The notes below the pieces were generated by a model. It saw only the letters and a list, made by a program, of their open reading frames with translations, had not been told where the DNA came from and ran no database searches. Made by a program: the position numbers and the translations under genes. DNA of 64,000 nucleotides from Microcaecilia unicolor (taxonomy: Eukaryota), in NCBI RefSeq assembly GCF_901765095.1, contig NC_044034.1, forward strand, positions 62,562,339 through 62,626,338. The letters are read 5' to 3'. Below, piece after piece: positions 32,858 through 44,660 of this stretch (positions within the stretch are counted from its first letter, which is position 1; each line of letters starts with the position of its first letter).

Positions 32858-33067
32858 TGTCGTCGGACGGTGGTGCTTCGACTGGAGTGCAGGTGAGGGC
32901 TGTCCATTCCCCTGCTGGTGGCGGTGAGCCTTCGGGTGGGTCTCCCCCTACCCTGAGGGCTCCTGCGGTACAGCCCCCCCCGAGACCGACCTTCTTCAGC
33001 CTCGGCCCCGAGGAAGAGACGGCTGGATTCTACGTCCTCCTCGTCGGTACCGGGAAGCTCCAGTGAC

Positions 33068-34759
33068 ATGCTTCGTTTGAAAAAATCAAAGAAGCATCGA
33101 CACCGGTCTCCTTCCCGCATTGGTACCGAGAGCTCTGGGTCGCTGAGGGAGTCGGCACCCAGTAGGCATCGGCACCGGGAGGACCGCTCACCCTCTGTTC
33201 AGGAGGTGTCGATGCACTCCACCTTGGACAGCCCGGAACAGCCTCCACGCCCGGAACAGACTCTGACCTCGACGCCTGCATCGGCTTCCATGTCTTTCTC
33301 CACAGCCGCTCTGTACGAGAGTCTCTGGGCCGTTCTCCCGGAGATCCTGGGAGAGCTGTTGCGCCCTTCCCCTCCGGTACCGGGGGTGCTTGCGCCTCCG
33401 GTACCGTTGAGTGAGGCGCCAGCTAGCCCCTTGCCCGGGGTGAGGTCTCCGACATCAGTGCCGCTTGCGGTACCGACTGCGGCCGCCTCCCAGGAAGGCT
33501 CCCCGACGACGTCGGCGGAGGGAGCTTCGCCGGTGCTGGCGAGGGAGTCTACCTCTCGACGCTCCCACCGTGGCCGTGTTTCCACGGAGTCGAGTCGGGC
33601 ACGGCTTCAGACACAGGTTCATGAACTTGTGTCTGATAACGATGGTGAGGCCTCGTGGGAGGAGGAGGAGGACATCAGATATTTCTCTGACGAGGAGTCT
33701 GATGGCCTTCCTTCTGATCCCACTCCCTCCCCTGAAAGGCACCTTTCTCCTCCCGAGAGTCTGTCTTTTGCGGCCTTTGTCCGGGAGATGTCTACGAACA
33801 TCCCCTTCCTGGTGATTGTGGAGGATGAGCCCAGTGCTGAAATGTTTGAGCTCTTGGACTATCCTTCTCCACCTAAGGAAGCGTCCACAGTACCCATGCA
33901 TCATGTCCTAAAAAAGACATTGCTGGCGAACTGGATCAAGCCTTTAACTAATCCCCACATTCCCAAGAAGATCGAGTCCCAGTACCGGATCCATGGGGAC
34001 CCAGAGCTGATGCGCACTCAGTTGCCTCACGACTCTGGTGTGGTGGATCTGGCCCTAAAGAAGGCTAAGAGTTCTAGGGAGCATGCTTCGGCGCCCCCGG
34101 GCAAGGACTCTAGAACCTTAGACTCCTTTGGGAGGAAGGCCTACCATTCTTCTATGCTCGTGGCCAAAATTCAGTCTTACCAGTTCTACACGAGCATCCA
34201 TATGCGGAACAATGTGCGACAGTTGGCGGGCTTGGTGGACAAGCTCCCTCCTGAGCAAGCCAAGCCATTTCAGGAGGTGGTCAGGCAGCTGAAGGCGTGC
34301 AGAAAATTCCTGGCCAGAGGGGTATATGATACCTTTGATGTTGCGTCCAGGGCCGCTGCTCAAGGTGTGGTGATGTGCAGACTCTCATGGCTGCGTGCCT
34401 CCGACCTGGAGAATAGGATCCAGCAGCGGATTGCGGACTCCCCTTGCCGAGCGGACAACATTTTTGGAGAGAAAGTCGAACAGGTGGTAGAGCAGCTCCA
34501 CCAGCGGGATACCGCTTTCGACAAATTCTCCCGCCGGCAGCCTTCAGCATCTACCTCTTCAGGTAGACGTTTTTATGGGGGAAGGAAGACTGTTCCCTAC
34601 TCTTCTGGTAAGCGTAGGTACAATCCTCCTCTCGACAGCCTGCGGCCCAGGCTAAGCCCCAGCGCGCTCGCTCTCGTCAGCAGCATGCGCCTCAGCAAGG
34701 CCCCGCGGCTCCCCAGCAAAAGCAGGGGACGAGCTTTTGACTGGCTCCACAGAGCATAG
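33068..34759 (+). CDS. DIRS gag-like ORF (563 aa)
   Basis: A long open frame immediately upstream of the RT ORF. It is Ser/Pro/Arg-rich and sits at the position of DIRS ORF1. Confidence 0.55.
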   Translation: MLRLKKSKKHRHRSPSRIGTESSGSLRESAPSRHRHREDRSPSVQEVSMHSTLDSPEQPPRPEQTLTSTPASASMSFSTAALYESLWAVLPEILGELLRPSPPVPGVLAPPVPLSEAPASPLPGVRSPTSVPLAVPTAAASQEGSPTTSAEGASPVLARESTSRRSHRGRVSTESSRARLQTQVHELVSDNDGEASWEEEEDIRYFSDEESDGLPSDPTPSPERHLSPPESLSFAAFVREMSTNIPFLVIVEDEPSAEMFELLDYPSPPKEASTVPMHHVLKKTLLANWIKPLTNPHIPKKIESQYRIHGDPELMRTQLPHDSGVVDLALKKAKSSREHASAPPGKDSRTLDSFGRKAYHSSMLVAKIQSYQFYTSIHMRNNVRQLAGLVDKLPPEQAKPFQEVVRQLKACRKFLARGVYDTFDVASRAAAQGVVMCRLSWLRASDLENRIQQRIADSPCRADNIFGEKVEQVVEQLHQRDTAFDKFSRRQPSASTSSGRRFYGGRKTVPYSSGKRRYNPPLDSLRPRLSPSALALVSSMRLSKAPRLPSKSRGRAFDWLHRA

Positions 34760-36662
34760 CCGACATCAACGTATCAGTGCCGGGCGATCTGCCGGTCGGG
34801 GGGAGGTTGAAAGTTTTTCACCAAAGGTGGCCTCTCATAACCTCCGACCGTTGGGTTCTTCAAATAGTCCGGCAAGGATACACCCTCAATTTGGCCTCGA
34901 AACCTCCAAATTGCCCACCGTGAGCTCAATCCTACAGCTTCCAGCACAAGCAGGTACTTGCAGAGGAACTCTCCGCCCTTCTCAGCGCCAATGCGGTCGA
35001 GCCTGTGCCATCTGGGCAAGAAGGGCTGGGATTCTATTCCAGGTACTTCCTTGTGGAAAAGAAAACGGGGGGATGCGTCCCATCCTAGACCTAAGGGCCC
35101 TGAACAAATATCTGGTCAAGGAAAAGTTCAGGATGCTTTCCCTGGGCACCCTTCTTCCCATGATTAAGGAAAACGACTGGCTATGCTCTCTGGACTTGAA
35201 GGACGCCTACACGCACATCCCAATACTGCTAGCTCACAGGCAGTATCTGCAATTTCAGCTGGGCACACGTCACTTCCAGTACTGTGTGCTACCCTTTGGG
35301 CTCGCCTCTGCGCCCAGAGTGTTCACGAAGTGCCTGGCTGTAGTAGCAGCGGCGCTTCGCAGGCTGGGAGTACACGTGTTCCCCTATCTCGACGATTGGC
35401 TGGTGAAGAACACATCCGAGGCAGGAGCTCTACAGTCCATGCAGATGACTATTCGCCTCCTGGAGCTACTGGGGTTTGTGATAAATTATCCAAAGTCCCA
35501 TATTCTCCCAGTACAGAGACTGGAATTCATAGGAGCTCTGCTGGATTCTCGGATGGCTCGTGCCTGTCTCCCAGAGGCGAGAGCCAACAACTTGTTGTCC
35601 CTCGTCTCTCGGGTGCGAGCGTCCCAGCAGATCACAGCTCGGCAGATGTTGAGATTGTTGGGCCACATGGCCTCCACAGTTCATGTGACTCCAATGGCCC
35701 GCCTTCACATGCGATCTGCTCAATGGACCCTAGCTTCCCAGTGGTTTCAGGCTGCTGGGGATCTAGAAGACGTGATCCACCTGTCCACGAGTTTTCTCAA
35801 ATCCCTGTATTGGTGGACGATTTGGTCCAATTTGACTCTGGGACGTCCTTTCCAAATTCTTCAACCACAAAAAGTGCTGACTACGGATGCGTCTCTCCTG
35901 GGGTGGGGAGCTCATGTCGATGGGCTTCACACCCAGGGAAGCTGGTCCCTCCAGGAACGCGATCTGCAGATCAATCTCCTGGAGTTACGAGCGGTCTGGA
36001 ACGCTCTGAAGGCTTTCAGAGATCGGCTGTCCCACCAAATTATCCAAATTCAGACAGACAACCAGGTTGCCATGTATTACATCAACAAGCAGGGGGGCAC
36101 CGGATCTCGCCCCCTGTGTCAGGAAGCCGTCAGCATGTGGCTCTGGGCTCGTCGTCACGGCATGTTGCTCCAAGCCACATATCTGGTACGCATAAACAAC
36201 AGTCTGGCCGATAGGTTGAGCAGGATCATGCAACCTCACGAGTGGTCACTCAACTCCAGAGTAGTGCGCCAGATCTTCCAGGTGTGGGGCACCCCCTTGG
36301 TAGATCTCTCTGCATCTCGAGCCAACCACAAAGTCCCTCAGTTCTGTTCCAGACTTCAGGCCCACTGCAGACTGGCATCGGATGCCTTCCTCCTGGACTG
36401 GGGGGAAGGTCTGCTGTATGCTTATCCTCCCATACCTCTGGTGGGGAAGACTTTGTTGAAACTCAAGCAAGACCGGGGCACCATGATTCTGATTGCTCCT
36501 TTTTGGCCGCGTCAGATCTGGTTCCCTCTTCTTCTGGAGTTGTCCTCCGAAGAACCGTGGAGATTGGAGTGTTTTCCGACCCTCATCACACAGGATGAGG
36601 GGGCGCTTCTGCATCCCAACCTCCGGTCCCTGGCTCTCATGGCCTGGATGTTGAGAGCATAG
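34737..36662 (+). CDS. DIRS pol ORF: reverse transcriptase (YLDD) + RNase H + C-terminal methyltransferase-like region (641 aa)
   Basis: RT motifs are FQYCVLPFGLASAPRVFTK and VHVFPYLDDWLV. It is followed by an RNase H-like segment (LTTDASLLGWGAH...IQTDNQVAMYYINKQGGT). This is the domain order of the DIRS family. Confidence 0.75.
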   Translation: MTGSTEHSRHQRISAGRSAGRGEVESFSPKVASHNLRPLGSSNSPARIHPQFGLETSKLPTVSSILQLPAQAGTCRGTLRPSQRQCGRACAIWARRAGILFQVLPCGKENGGMRPILDLRALNKYLVKEKFRMLSLGTLLPMIKENDWLCSLDLKDAYTHIPILLAHRQYLQFQLGTRHFQYCVLPFGLASAPRVFTKCLAVVAAALRRLGVHVFPYLDDWLVKNTSEAGALQSMQMTIRLLELLGFVINYPKSHILPVQRLEFIGALLDSRMARACLPEARANNLLSLVSRVRASQQITARQMLRLLGHMASTVHVTPMARLHMRSAQWTLASQWFQAAGDLEDVIHLSTSFLKSLYWWTIWSNLTLGRPFQILQPQKVLTTDASLLGWGAHVDGLHTQGSWSLQERDLQINLLELRAVWNALKAFRDRLSHQIIQIQTDNQVAMYYINKQGGTGSRPLCQEAVSMWLWARRHGMLLQATYLVRINNSLADRLSRIMQPHEWSLNSRVVRQIFQVWGTPLVDLSASRANHKVPQFCSRLQAHCRLASDAFLLDWGEGLLYAYPPIPLVGKTLLKLKQDRGTMILIAPFWPRQIWFPLLLELSSEEPWRLECFPTLITQDEGALLHPNLRSLALMAWMLRA

Positions 36663-36673
36663 ACTTTGCCTCT

Positions 36674-37680
36674 TTGGGTCTGTCAGAGGGTGTCTCCCGT
36701 ATCTTGCTTGCTTCCAGGAAAGATTCCACTAAGAGGAGTTGCTTCTTTTTATGGAGGAGGTTTGCCGTCTGGTGTGACAGCAAGGCCCTAGATCCTCGCT
36801 CTTGTCCTACACAGACCCTGCTTGAATACCTTCTGCACTTGTCTGAGTCTGGTCTCAAGACCAACTCTGTAAGGGTTCACCTTAGTGCAATCAGTGCATG
36901 ACCATTACCGTGTGGAAGGTAAGCCGATCTCAGGACAGCCTTTAGTTGTTCGCTTCATGAGAGGTTTGCTTTTGTCAAAGCCCCCCGTCAAGCCTCCTAC
37001 AGTGTCATGGGATCTCAATGTCGTTCTCACCCAGCTGATGAAACCTCCTTTTGAGCTCACTGAACTCCTGCCATCTGAAGTACTTGACCTGGAAGGTCAT
37101 TTTCTTGGTGGCAGTTACTTCAGCTCGTAGAGTCAGTGAGCTTCAGGCCCTGGTAGCCCAGGCCCCTTACACCAAATTTCATCATAACAGAGTAGTCCTC
37201 CGCACTCACCCTAAGTTTTTGCCGAAGGTAGTGTCGGAGTTCCATCTGAACCAGTCAATTGTCTTGCCAACATTCTTTCCCCGTCCTCATTCCTGCCCTG
37301 CTGAACGTCAGCTGCACACATTGGACTGCAAAAGAGCATTGGCCTTCTATCTGGAGCGGACACAGCCCAACAGACAGTCCGCCCAATTGTTTGTTTCTTT
37401 CGATCCCAACAGGAGGGGAGTGGCTGTGGGGAAACGCACCATATCCAATTGGCTAGCAGATTGCATTTCCTTCACTTACGCCCAGGCTGGGCTGGCTCAC
37501 AATGTCAGAGTAATGGCTGCGTCAGTGGCCCACTTGAAGTCAGCCACTATTGAAGAGATCTGCAAAGCTGCGACGTGGTCATCTGTCCACACATTCACAT
37601 CTCATTACTGCCTGCAGCAGGATACCCGACGCGACAGTCGGTTCGGGCAGTCAGTGCTTCAGAATCTGTTCGGGGTTTAG
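36674..37680 (+). pseudogene. DIRS tyrosine recombinase, split over three reading frames (36674-36901, 36885-37130, 37051-37680)
   Basis: The N-terminal core-binding-like segment and the C-terminal catalytic segment (...WSSVHTFTSHYCL) are in different frames. At least two frameshifts mean this copy is not autonomous. Confidence 0.6.
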
Positions 37681-38194
37681 AATCCAACTCCACCCCCCTA
37701 GTCCCATGTTTATTCTGTTCCAGGCTACACTCTCAGTTAGTTGGATAAATTGTTAGGTCAATCTCAGTTATGTCCTCGCCGTTGCGAGGCCCAATTGACC
37801 TTGTTTGTTGTTTTGAGTGAGCCTGGGGGCTAGGGATACCCCATCAGTGAGAACAAGCAGCCTGCTTGTCCTCGGAGAAAGCGAATGCTACATACCTGTA
37901 GAAGGTATTCTCAGAGGACAGCAGGCTGATTGTTCTTACAAACCCGCCCGCCTCCCCTTTGGAGTTGTGTCTTCCCTTGTCTTTGTCTTGCTACATATGA
38001 GACTGACGAACACGAGCCGGTTCGGGCGGGAACACAGCCGCGCATGCGCGGTACGCATGGGCGCACGCGGACTAGCAAAGGCCTTTGCTAGTGAAGTTTC
38101 CGATTGGAGGGGCTGCCGTGGACGTCACCCATCAGTGAGAACAATCAGCCTGCTGTCCTCGGAGAATACCTTCTACAGGTATGTAGCATTCGCT

Positions 38195-38575
38195 TTTGTG
38201 CCAGCATTCAATGGACTCCAGCCTTATCGGTTTAGAAAAAAAAATCCTCCTTTCTAAAACATTTTATTATGATTTATTTTGGGGTATAGGGCACTTTAAA
38301 AATGTCTTTATCATGATGTATTCAAACATTAAAGAATATATTTAAGAGCACTTAGCTTTTGAGGTTGACACCCCAACCGGGCTCTCCGTTTCACTATTAC
38401 TCAAGCTTCTTCAGGGTACTAAGTACTGTACGTTCTGAATAAACCTAAAAAGATGATATAAAATACATCAATGTTGATAATATATGTGAGAAATTGTGTT
38501 TTTTAGAAAGGAGTTTTTTTCTAGACCGATGATAAGACTGAAGTCCGTTGAATGCTGGCACAAACAATGTTATTA
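38195..38575. repeat. Inverted repeat with about 60-bp arms (GTGCCAGCATTCAATGGACTCCAGCCTTATCGG… / …CCGATGATAAGACTGAAGTCCGTTGAATGCTGGCAC) immediately 3' of the DIRS element
   Basis: Reverse-complement arms at 38195-38260 and 38505-38575, separated by about 250 bp of AT-rich spacer. Confidence 0.5.
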
Positions 38576-39803
38576 CTTGCTGCCCAGCTGGGACATATGA
38601 GATCTTTTTCCTCCTTTTTTTTTTTTAAGTAGTTTGTTTGGAAATGAACATTAAATATAAGGTTTACAATCATCTACACTCTTCAGCTGTATAGATTGTT
38701 CACACGTTGGATATTTCGCTGAAGTATTTGCTTATTTAGAAGTTTGTACACTAATGGCAAAATTGTTGCATGAGAAAGGCACAGCGAAGGTAACAAGGTG
38801 GATGATGTCGATGAAACTACTACTGGACTCAAAAAAAAGTTCACAGCAAGAGTTTATTGATAAAGACTGGACTCGACACGAATCGTGTTTCGGCCGCTCT
38901 GGCCTGCCTCAGGGGTCCCTGTCTATTGATGTTCAGTTAGTCCCTGAAGAGAAAATCTGAAATATTTAGTAAAGCCAAAGTACGCTCTGGTGAAGAAACT
39001 TCACTGTAGCACTTAAGTACGAGCGGCACTCTTCAGTGATTGTCATCATTGCTGCATGTCCATTAATGCAAAAAAAAAAAAAAAAAAGGAAATCAGCCAT
39101 TTTACTGCTGTGGTTAAAATGGCCTTAGCGTGAGGGGAAAACCTGTGTAAGGGTGCACTAAGGACAGTTTCTACTGCAGCTTAGTAAAATGACCCCCTAA
39201 TGAAAGCCTCACAGTCAGCTATTAAAAAATAAGGGCCCTGTTTACTAAGCTGCGCTGTAGGCGCGCTATTTAGCGTGCACTAAAAATTAGCATGCGCTAG
39301 TGATAGAGACACCCATTATATTCCTATGGGTGTGTCTTATCATTAGTGTGAGCAAAGTTAGCGTACCTACAGGGCGGTTTAGTAAACAGGGTACTGAAAG
39401 GAGGGATTTGTCTTGAGAGCGGAGGTTACGGGTAGGAACGTAAGGGGAGATGAGGGTAGAGAGGTAAGGAGGGGCTGCAGATCGAGTGCATTTGTAGATT
39501 AGTAGGAGAAGCTTGAACTGTATTCGGTACCTGATCAGAAGCCAGTGAAGTGACTTGAGGAGAGGGGTGATATGAGTATATCGGTCCAGGCAGAAGATAA
39601 GACGTGCAGCCGAGTTCTGAACGGACTGAAGGGGGATAGATGGCTAAGTGGGAGGACTAATTCCTTTCCTTGACTTTCAGAGCTCCAAATACAGTCTTAC
39701 TCTCCAAGAGTAAGCATAGATAGAGGAGGGAATTGTTTTAATATAGTGCTTTATTATGTGAAAACGAGCTGGCTACATTTATCTTTCTCAGGTAAGCGCC
39801 CAG

Positions 39804-39962
39804 GTTTCACGAATGGAATCCCCAGGATGCAGCTCCATTTCTGTGAAGTGGCAACAGTTTAATCCAAATGCTCCAGAACCAATGCAAGCGCCTTTTCAAA
39901 TACAGTCTCTGTTTCGCTGCGAGAGGGTTCTTGTTTATGGCTTTATTCCTCATTGCACACAA
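39804..39962 (+). CDS. Exon of host gene after vWA: VSRMESPGCSSISVKWQQFNPNAPEPMQAPFQIQSLFRCERVLVYGFIPHCTQ
   Basis: Acceptor gcgcccag|gtt, donor caa|gtaagtga, phase 0-0, single open frame, flanked by interspersed repeats. Confidence 0.5.
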
Positions 39963-42168
39963 GTAAGTGAACATCATAGGTTTTGTGATGTAAGACTTGT
40001 CAGAATAGAGGCTTTTATTTTTAGCCTCCTGTCAATAGGAGAGTATTCACTTGGGGTCCCTTTTACCAAGCTGCTGCAGAAGGGGGCAGACTCTGACATT
40101 AGTGCTTGTTTTACACACGCGCCAAGGCCCCCTTTTACCGCAGCTGGTAAAAGGGAAGTGTCACCTTCTTGCAGGAAATGGCCGTACGGCCATTGAGGTG
40201 GCGGTAAGGGCTCCCACGTTAACCCGGCGGTAACCGGACAGTGATTACCGCCGGGTACACTCCGATGCTACAAAAATAAATTTTTGTAGAGCCGGAAATG
40301 ATGGCACTCTAGGGGTGAGAAGTACCGCTGGGCTGCTGCTGTTGCCTGGCGATGCGATCAGTAAGCCCACGTTGGGCTTATCCACCGCTTAGTAAAAGGA
40401 GCCCTTAGATCTTTGTCAAGGCCCCATTCTGGACATGATACAACTTCTACGTAATTTAACAAAGTAAATGGCTGCAGTTAAAGACAAGCATGGCTCATCT
40501 AGTCTGCCCAGGAAGAAGACTATGGTAATACCTGCCACTTCATGCAGGTTATCCTTCTCTGTGCCTTTAACATAGTAGATGATGGCAGATAAAGACCTGA
40601 ACAGTCCATCCAGTCTGCCGTACAAGATAAACTCATAGCATAAAATATAATGCGATACTACATATGCATACATGATTTTGATGCATACTTTATTTAGAGT
40701 TGTACCTGGTGCTCTGTGCCCCCATTTTTTGTTTATTTTTATATGTATTATTGTGTTTATTATTCTTTTTTTTAATGCTTGTATTATAAAATAAACTTGT
40801 CTATAAACTGCAGTGAACGTGTGAGGGGATATAGCGGTATATAAGAGAAACATTTCCATTGTTTATAGGGTTGTCCCTTAGCATGGAATTTTGGCAGGCG
40901 TCCTGAAAGGAAGGCAAGGATTAAGGCATGGGCAAACTAGGAGTGTCTCTAGGGCCCAAATGTTTAGGAGGGGTTCTCACAGATGTTTAATTCAGTAGCT
41001 TCCAAGTCCAATTTTTGCCATGGTCAGTTGCTACCAGAGAGAAGAGTGTCCACCGAGATCTGTCTGTTCCAGTCCCCTGTGCGTTGCTCTCTATTTGCCA
41101 CAAGTAAGCAAGCCACACTTGTTACCTCCTGTTTCCTCCTCTGCTAGTTTTCCTCTGCAGTCAGAGCCACATAGGGCCCTGTTTGTGGGAACTGGGCTAA
41201 ATTCATTTCCTTAGGGTCCATTAGCGGATTAATCTTTCCTGCTTCCCTTCACAGCATGTCAGGTCATTGCTTTCTGTCCCATAGCTGGTACGCTGGAGTT
41301 GATCTCTGCTTCCTGGCTCCCAAGATCAGTTAATTAAGGAATAGGGCATTTTATAGTACATATCAACTAAGCTACTTGGGTTGACATTAAAATCTTGACA
41401 AAAGTTCTGCCAAACAGGTTGTTGAGTTTGCTTGTAGAACTGATGCATCCAGATCAGTCCAGGTTCATTCCAGGTAGACAGACCTCAGATAACATCATAG
41501 GATTTTAAGTCTTATTTGTAATAAACAGAAATAAAACAAAATAAAGAAAATAAAACAAAATGATACCTTTTTTATTGGACTAAATTAATACATTTTTGAT
41601 TAGCTTTCGAAGGGATAATTAGCCTGCCTTGGCAGTTTTCAGTTACCTCACATTCGATTACACAACCTGGAAGCCCTAGAGGCATAGTTCTTATTATACC
41701 GTTCTTATTTATAAGTTCTTATTATATAGGAATGCAAGGGTCTGAGCTAGGGCCACGCCTCTTCCCTAGAACTCCCCTCGGGTACAGCAGCCAAGCCAGA
41801 ACTCCTTGGGAGGATCCTTGCTCAGGGCGGCTCCTGGAGACTTCTTCCCTCAGGGCTTCCCTGATCCATTCTGCTCCAGGACATTTAACCACCTCCTGGC
41901 CTCAGCCCTGCCTCTCTGACTCTGCTTCTGACGTGGCAGGTTAGTGCCATCTGCCGTAAGGCGGCTTAACTACAACCTCGGTGAGGGAGTGTTCTCAGGG
42001 ACACCTGCTGCTATATCGCTCACTCCCTCACAAGGAATGTACTATATATTCAGAATTTGCTCTTAGTATAGTAAGTTATTTTAAAGTGACTGTAAAGGAG
42101 AAAACAGAGAGAGGACAAAATATGAAAAGTAAAAACAACCTAACAAGCGTTTTCTTTTGAACTTGCAG

Positions 42169-42249
42169 GCCACTCTCAATGCTTTTATTGATGACGAAGA
42201 ACTGAGCACAATGGTGTCAACTACTGAATTACAGAAGACCACTGGAACA
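42169..42249 (+). CDS. Exon of host gene: ATLNAFIDDEELSTMVSTTELQKTTGT
   Basis: Acceptor ttttcttttgaacttgcag|gcc, donor aca|gtaaga, 81 nt, phase 0-0. Confidence 0.45.
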
Positions 42250-42419
42250 GTAAGATTCTTTTATTTGTTAAGAACATAAAATAATGCCAAGTTCCCTCGA
42301 TCCCTGGCATTTTGTATTTGACAGCGGACAATCCGTTTCACAAGTACCTGGAAAATCTCAAATAATCAAATTGCTCTTAGCTCATTTCAAGAGCTAAGCA
42401 ATGGTTTATCATTTTTTTG

Positions 42420-43000
42420 GACTTTTTCTACAGATTATCCAGACCTCTTTTAAATCCTGCCATGTTAGTTACCTTGATAATATACTTCAGCAGCAGAATC
42501 TGCAGCTTACTTATACACTGCATGAAAAAAGCTTCTTGTTTTGTTTTTCTTGAAAAGGAAATAAAAAAAATCCCTATTCACCCCAGTCATGATTTTATAA
42601 ATCTCTATTATATCCCCTCATAGTTGTTTCTTTTATAAACTGAAGAGGCTTAATCTGTTTAGCCTTCCTTCATAAAGGAGGCTTCCATCTTCTTCATCAT
42701 TTTTGTCACTCTTTTCTAGTTCTGTAATATCAATTTTGAATAGAGTGACCGAAATTATACACAACACTGAAGATGTGGTCACATATTGATATTCTTAGTT
42801 TTGTTCTCCATTCCTTTTCAAATAATCCCTAAAATTGTATTTTTTTTATTGGCAGTCGTGATATACAGGGCTGAGAATTTCAACTTACTGTCCACAGTGA
42901 CTCAAAGATCTTTTTCTTGTGTAGTGATTCCTAAGTCCGCTCATACACAGCGTTTATACCTGTAGTTGGGATTATTTTTCCCTTGTGCAAACATCAGATA
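42420..43000 (-). mobile_element. CR1-like fragment (minus)
   Basis: Nucleotide similarity to the RT-coding region of the CR1 at about 12900-13400 (…gtagttgggattatttttcccttgtgcaaacatcag…). Confidence 0.4.
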
Positions 43001-43139
43001 CTGGTGAAAGCGTCTTTTAGTTTGTTTTTTAATATTATTTCTTCATTTTATCATAGTCTTCTTTTTGAAAATTAAATGCTACAGCAGCAGTTTTCTTTAG
43101 TTTCTTTGTTCTAATGATTAGGATCATTTTGATCACATT

Positions 43140-44660
43140 GAAGGTAATTTCATAAAAAGCTGCCTATCCAGCTTATTTTCGAAAGTGAAAGACGCCCATA
43201 TTTCAACCAAATCAGTATAATCGGAAGCCGATTTTGGGCGTCCCCAACTGCAGTCTGTCACGGGAACGGACAAAGTTGATGGGGGCGTGTTGGAGGCGGG
43301 GTGAAGGTGGGACTGGGGCGTGTTTATCGGCCGAGGAGAGATGGGCGCACTTGCCCGATAATGGAAAAAAGAAGGGCGCCAGAAGCGAGAATTTGGGTCA
43401 CTTTTTCTGGACTCTTTTTTCCCATGAACAAGTCCCCCAAAAGTGCCCCACCTGCCCAGATGACCACCAGAGGGAATCGGGGATGACCTCCCCGGACTCC
43501 CCCCCCCTGTGGTCATTAACCCCCTCCCACCAAAAAAAAAAAAGAACTTTAAAAACTTTTTTTTCCAGCCTGTATGCCAGCCTCAAATGTCATAAAAAAG
43601 CTTCCTTCCGCAGATCACTGAAGACCCATCTTTTCGAAAAGATTTATGGAAAGAACCAAAACACATAAAGTCCACACTTACTGTTCATTAATGCATCATA
43701 CATTCACCTCTGAATTCTCATTCCCGTATTATCACATCATTCATACCTTTTAATCACAGAAAGATATATACCATATGTCTTCATGCCTTTTTATCGCCCT
43801 CTAAGCTCCCATTGTTTCCTTCCAAAGTTTTAATGTTTGTGCTCCATTGTTACATTCCTTAACGACACCTCAATTGTTTCGCATAACTATGCAAAATGTA
43901 ATCCATAACCAATCTGTAACAAATTGTATTTCCAACATTTAACTCATATTGTAAGCCACACTGAACCCGCAAAAAGGTGGGAAAATGTGGGATACAAATG
44001 CAATAAAATAAAAAAATAAAAAAAATACCCAGCTCCATGACAGCAGTATGTAGGTCCCTGGAGCAGTTGTTAGTGGGTGCAGTGGACTTCAGGCAGGTGG
44101 ACCCAGGCCCATCACCCCCTAACTGTTACACTTGTGCTGGTAAATTGGAGCGCTCCAAACTGCCCCCAAAACCCACTGTACCCACATCGAGGTGAACCCT
44201 TCAGCCATAAGTGCTATGGTAATAGTGTAGAGTTTCGGGCAGTGGGTTTTGGGGGGGGCTCAGCACCCAAGGGAAGGGAGCTATGGACTTGGGAGGTATT
44301 TTAATTTTTTTTTTAATTGTTACAAGTGCCCCCCTAGGGTGCCCGGTTGGTGTCCTGGCACGTGAGGGGGGACCAGTGCACTACGAATCCTGGCCCCTCC
44401 CACGACCAAATGCCTTGGATTTGTTCGTTTTTGAGCTGGGCACCTTCGGTTTCCATTATCGCTGAAAAACGATACCGCCCAGCTCAAATCCGCACAAATC
44501 CGATGCATTTGCTTGGCACAAACCGTATTATGGAAAAAAAAGGTGGACGCCCATCTTTTTCGAAAATACGGTCTGTCCCGCCCCTTTCACGTACCCGTCC
44601 TCGGAGATAGACGCCCATGGAGATGGGCGTTCGTGTTCGATTATGCCCCTCCACGTGTGA
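43140..44660 (+). repeat. Copy 1 of an unclassified, roughly 1.3-1.5 kb interspersed repeat family with subterminal TTTTCGAAA…GACGCCCAT repeats and a CR1-type coding tail (…SLKTHLFEKIYGKNQNT)
   Basis: It shares three blocks with 61890-63185: 43150-43560 with 61900-62340, 44040-44300 with 62640-62930, and 44330-44650 with 62930-63185. An older copy lies at about 57900-58790. Confidence 0.55.

Larger units (their letters stand above)
32056..38197 (+). mobile_element. DIRS-like tyrosine-recombinase retrotransposon with inverted terminal repeats and an internal complementary region (ICR)
   Basis: Left ITR about 32056-32236 and right ITR about 38003-38197 are reverse complements. Both contain gcgcatgcgcggtacgcatgggcgc...ctagcaaaggcctttgctag...cagtgagaacaa[g/t]cagcctgct...cctcggaga. 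The ICR at 37838-37935 matches both termini, as required for the circular-junction model of DIRS replication. The element encodes gag-like, RT/RNase H and tyrosine-recombinase ORFs in DIRS order. Confidence 0.8.

Noticed and set aside
33030-33904. Minus-strand ORFs (33199-33585, 33455-33904, 32659-33120) inside the DIRS element
   Set aside because: They are antisense to the DIRS gag-like ORF, Arg-rich, and a by-product of GC-rich codon usage. The element's own ORFs are on the + strand.
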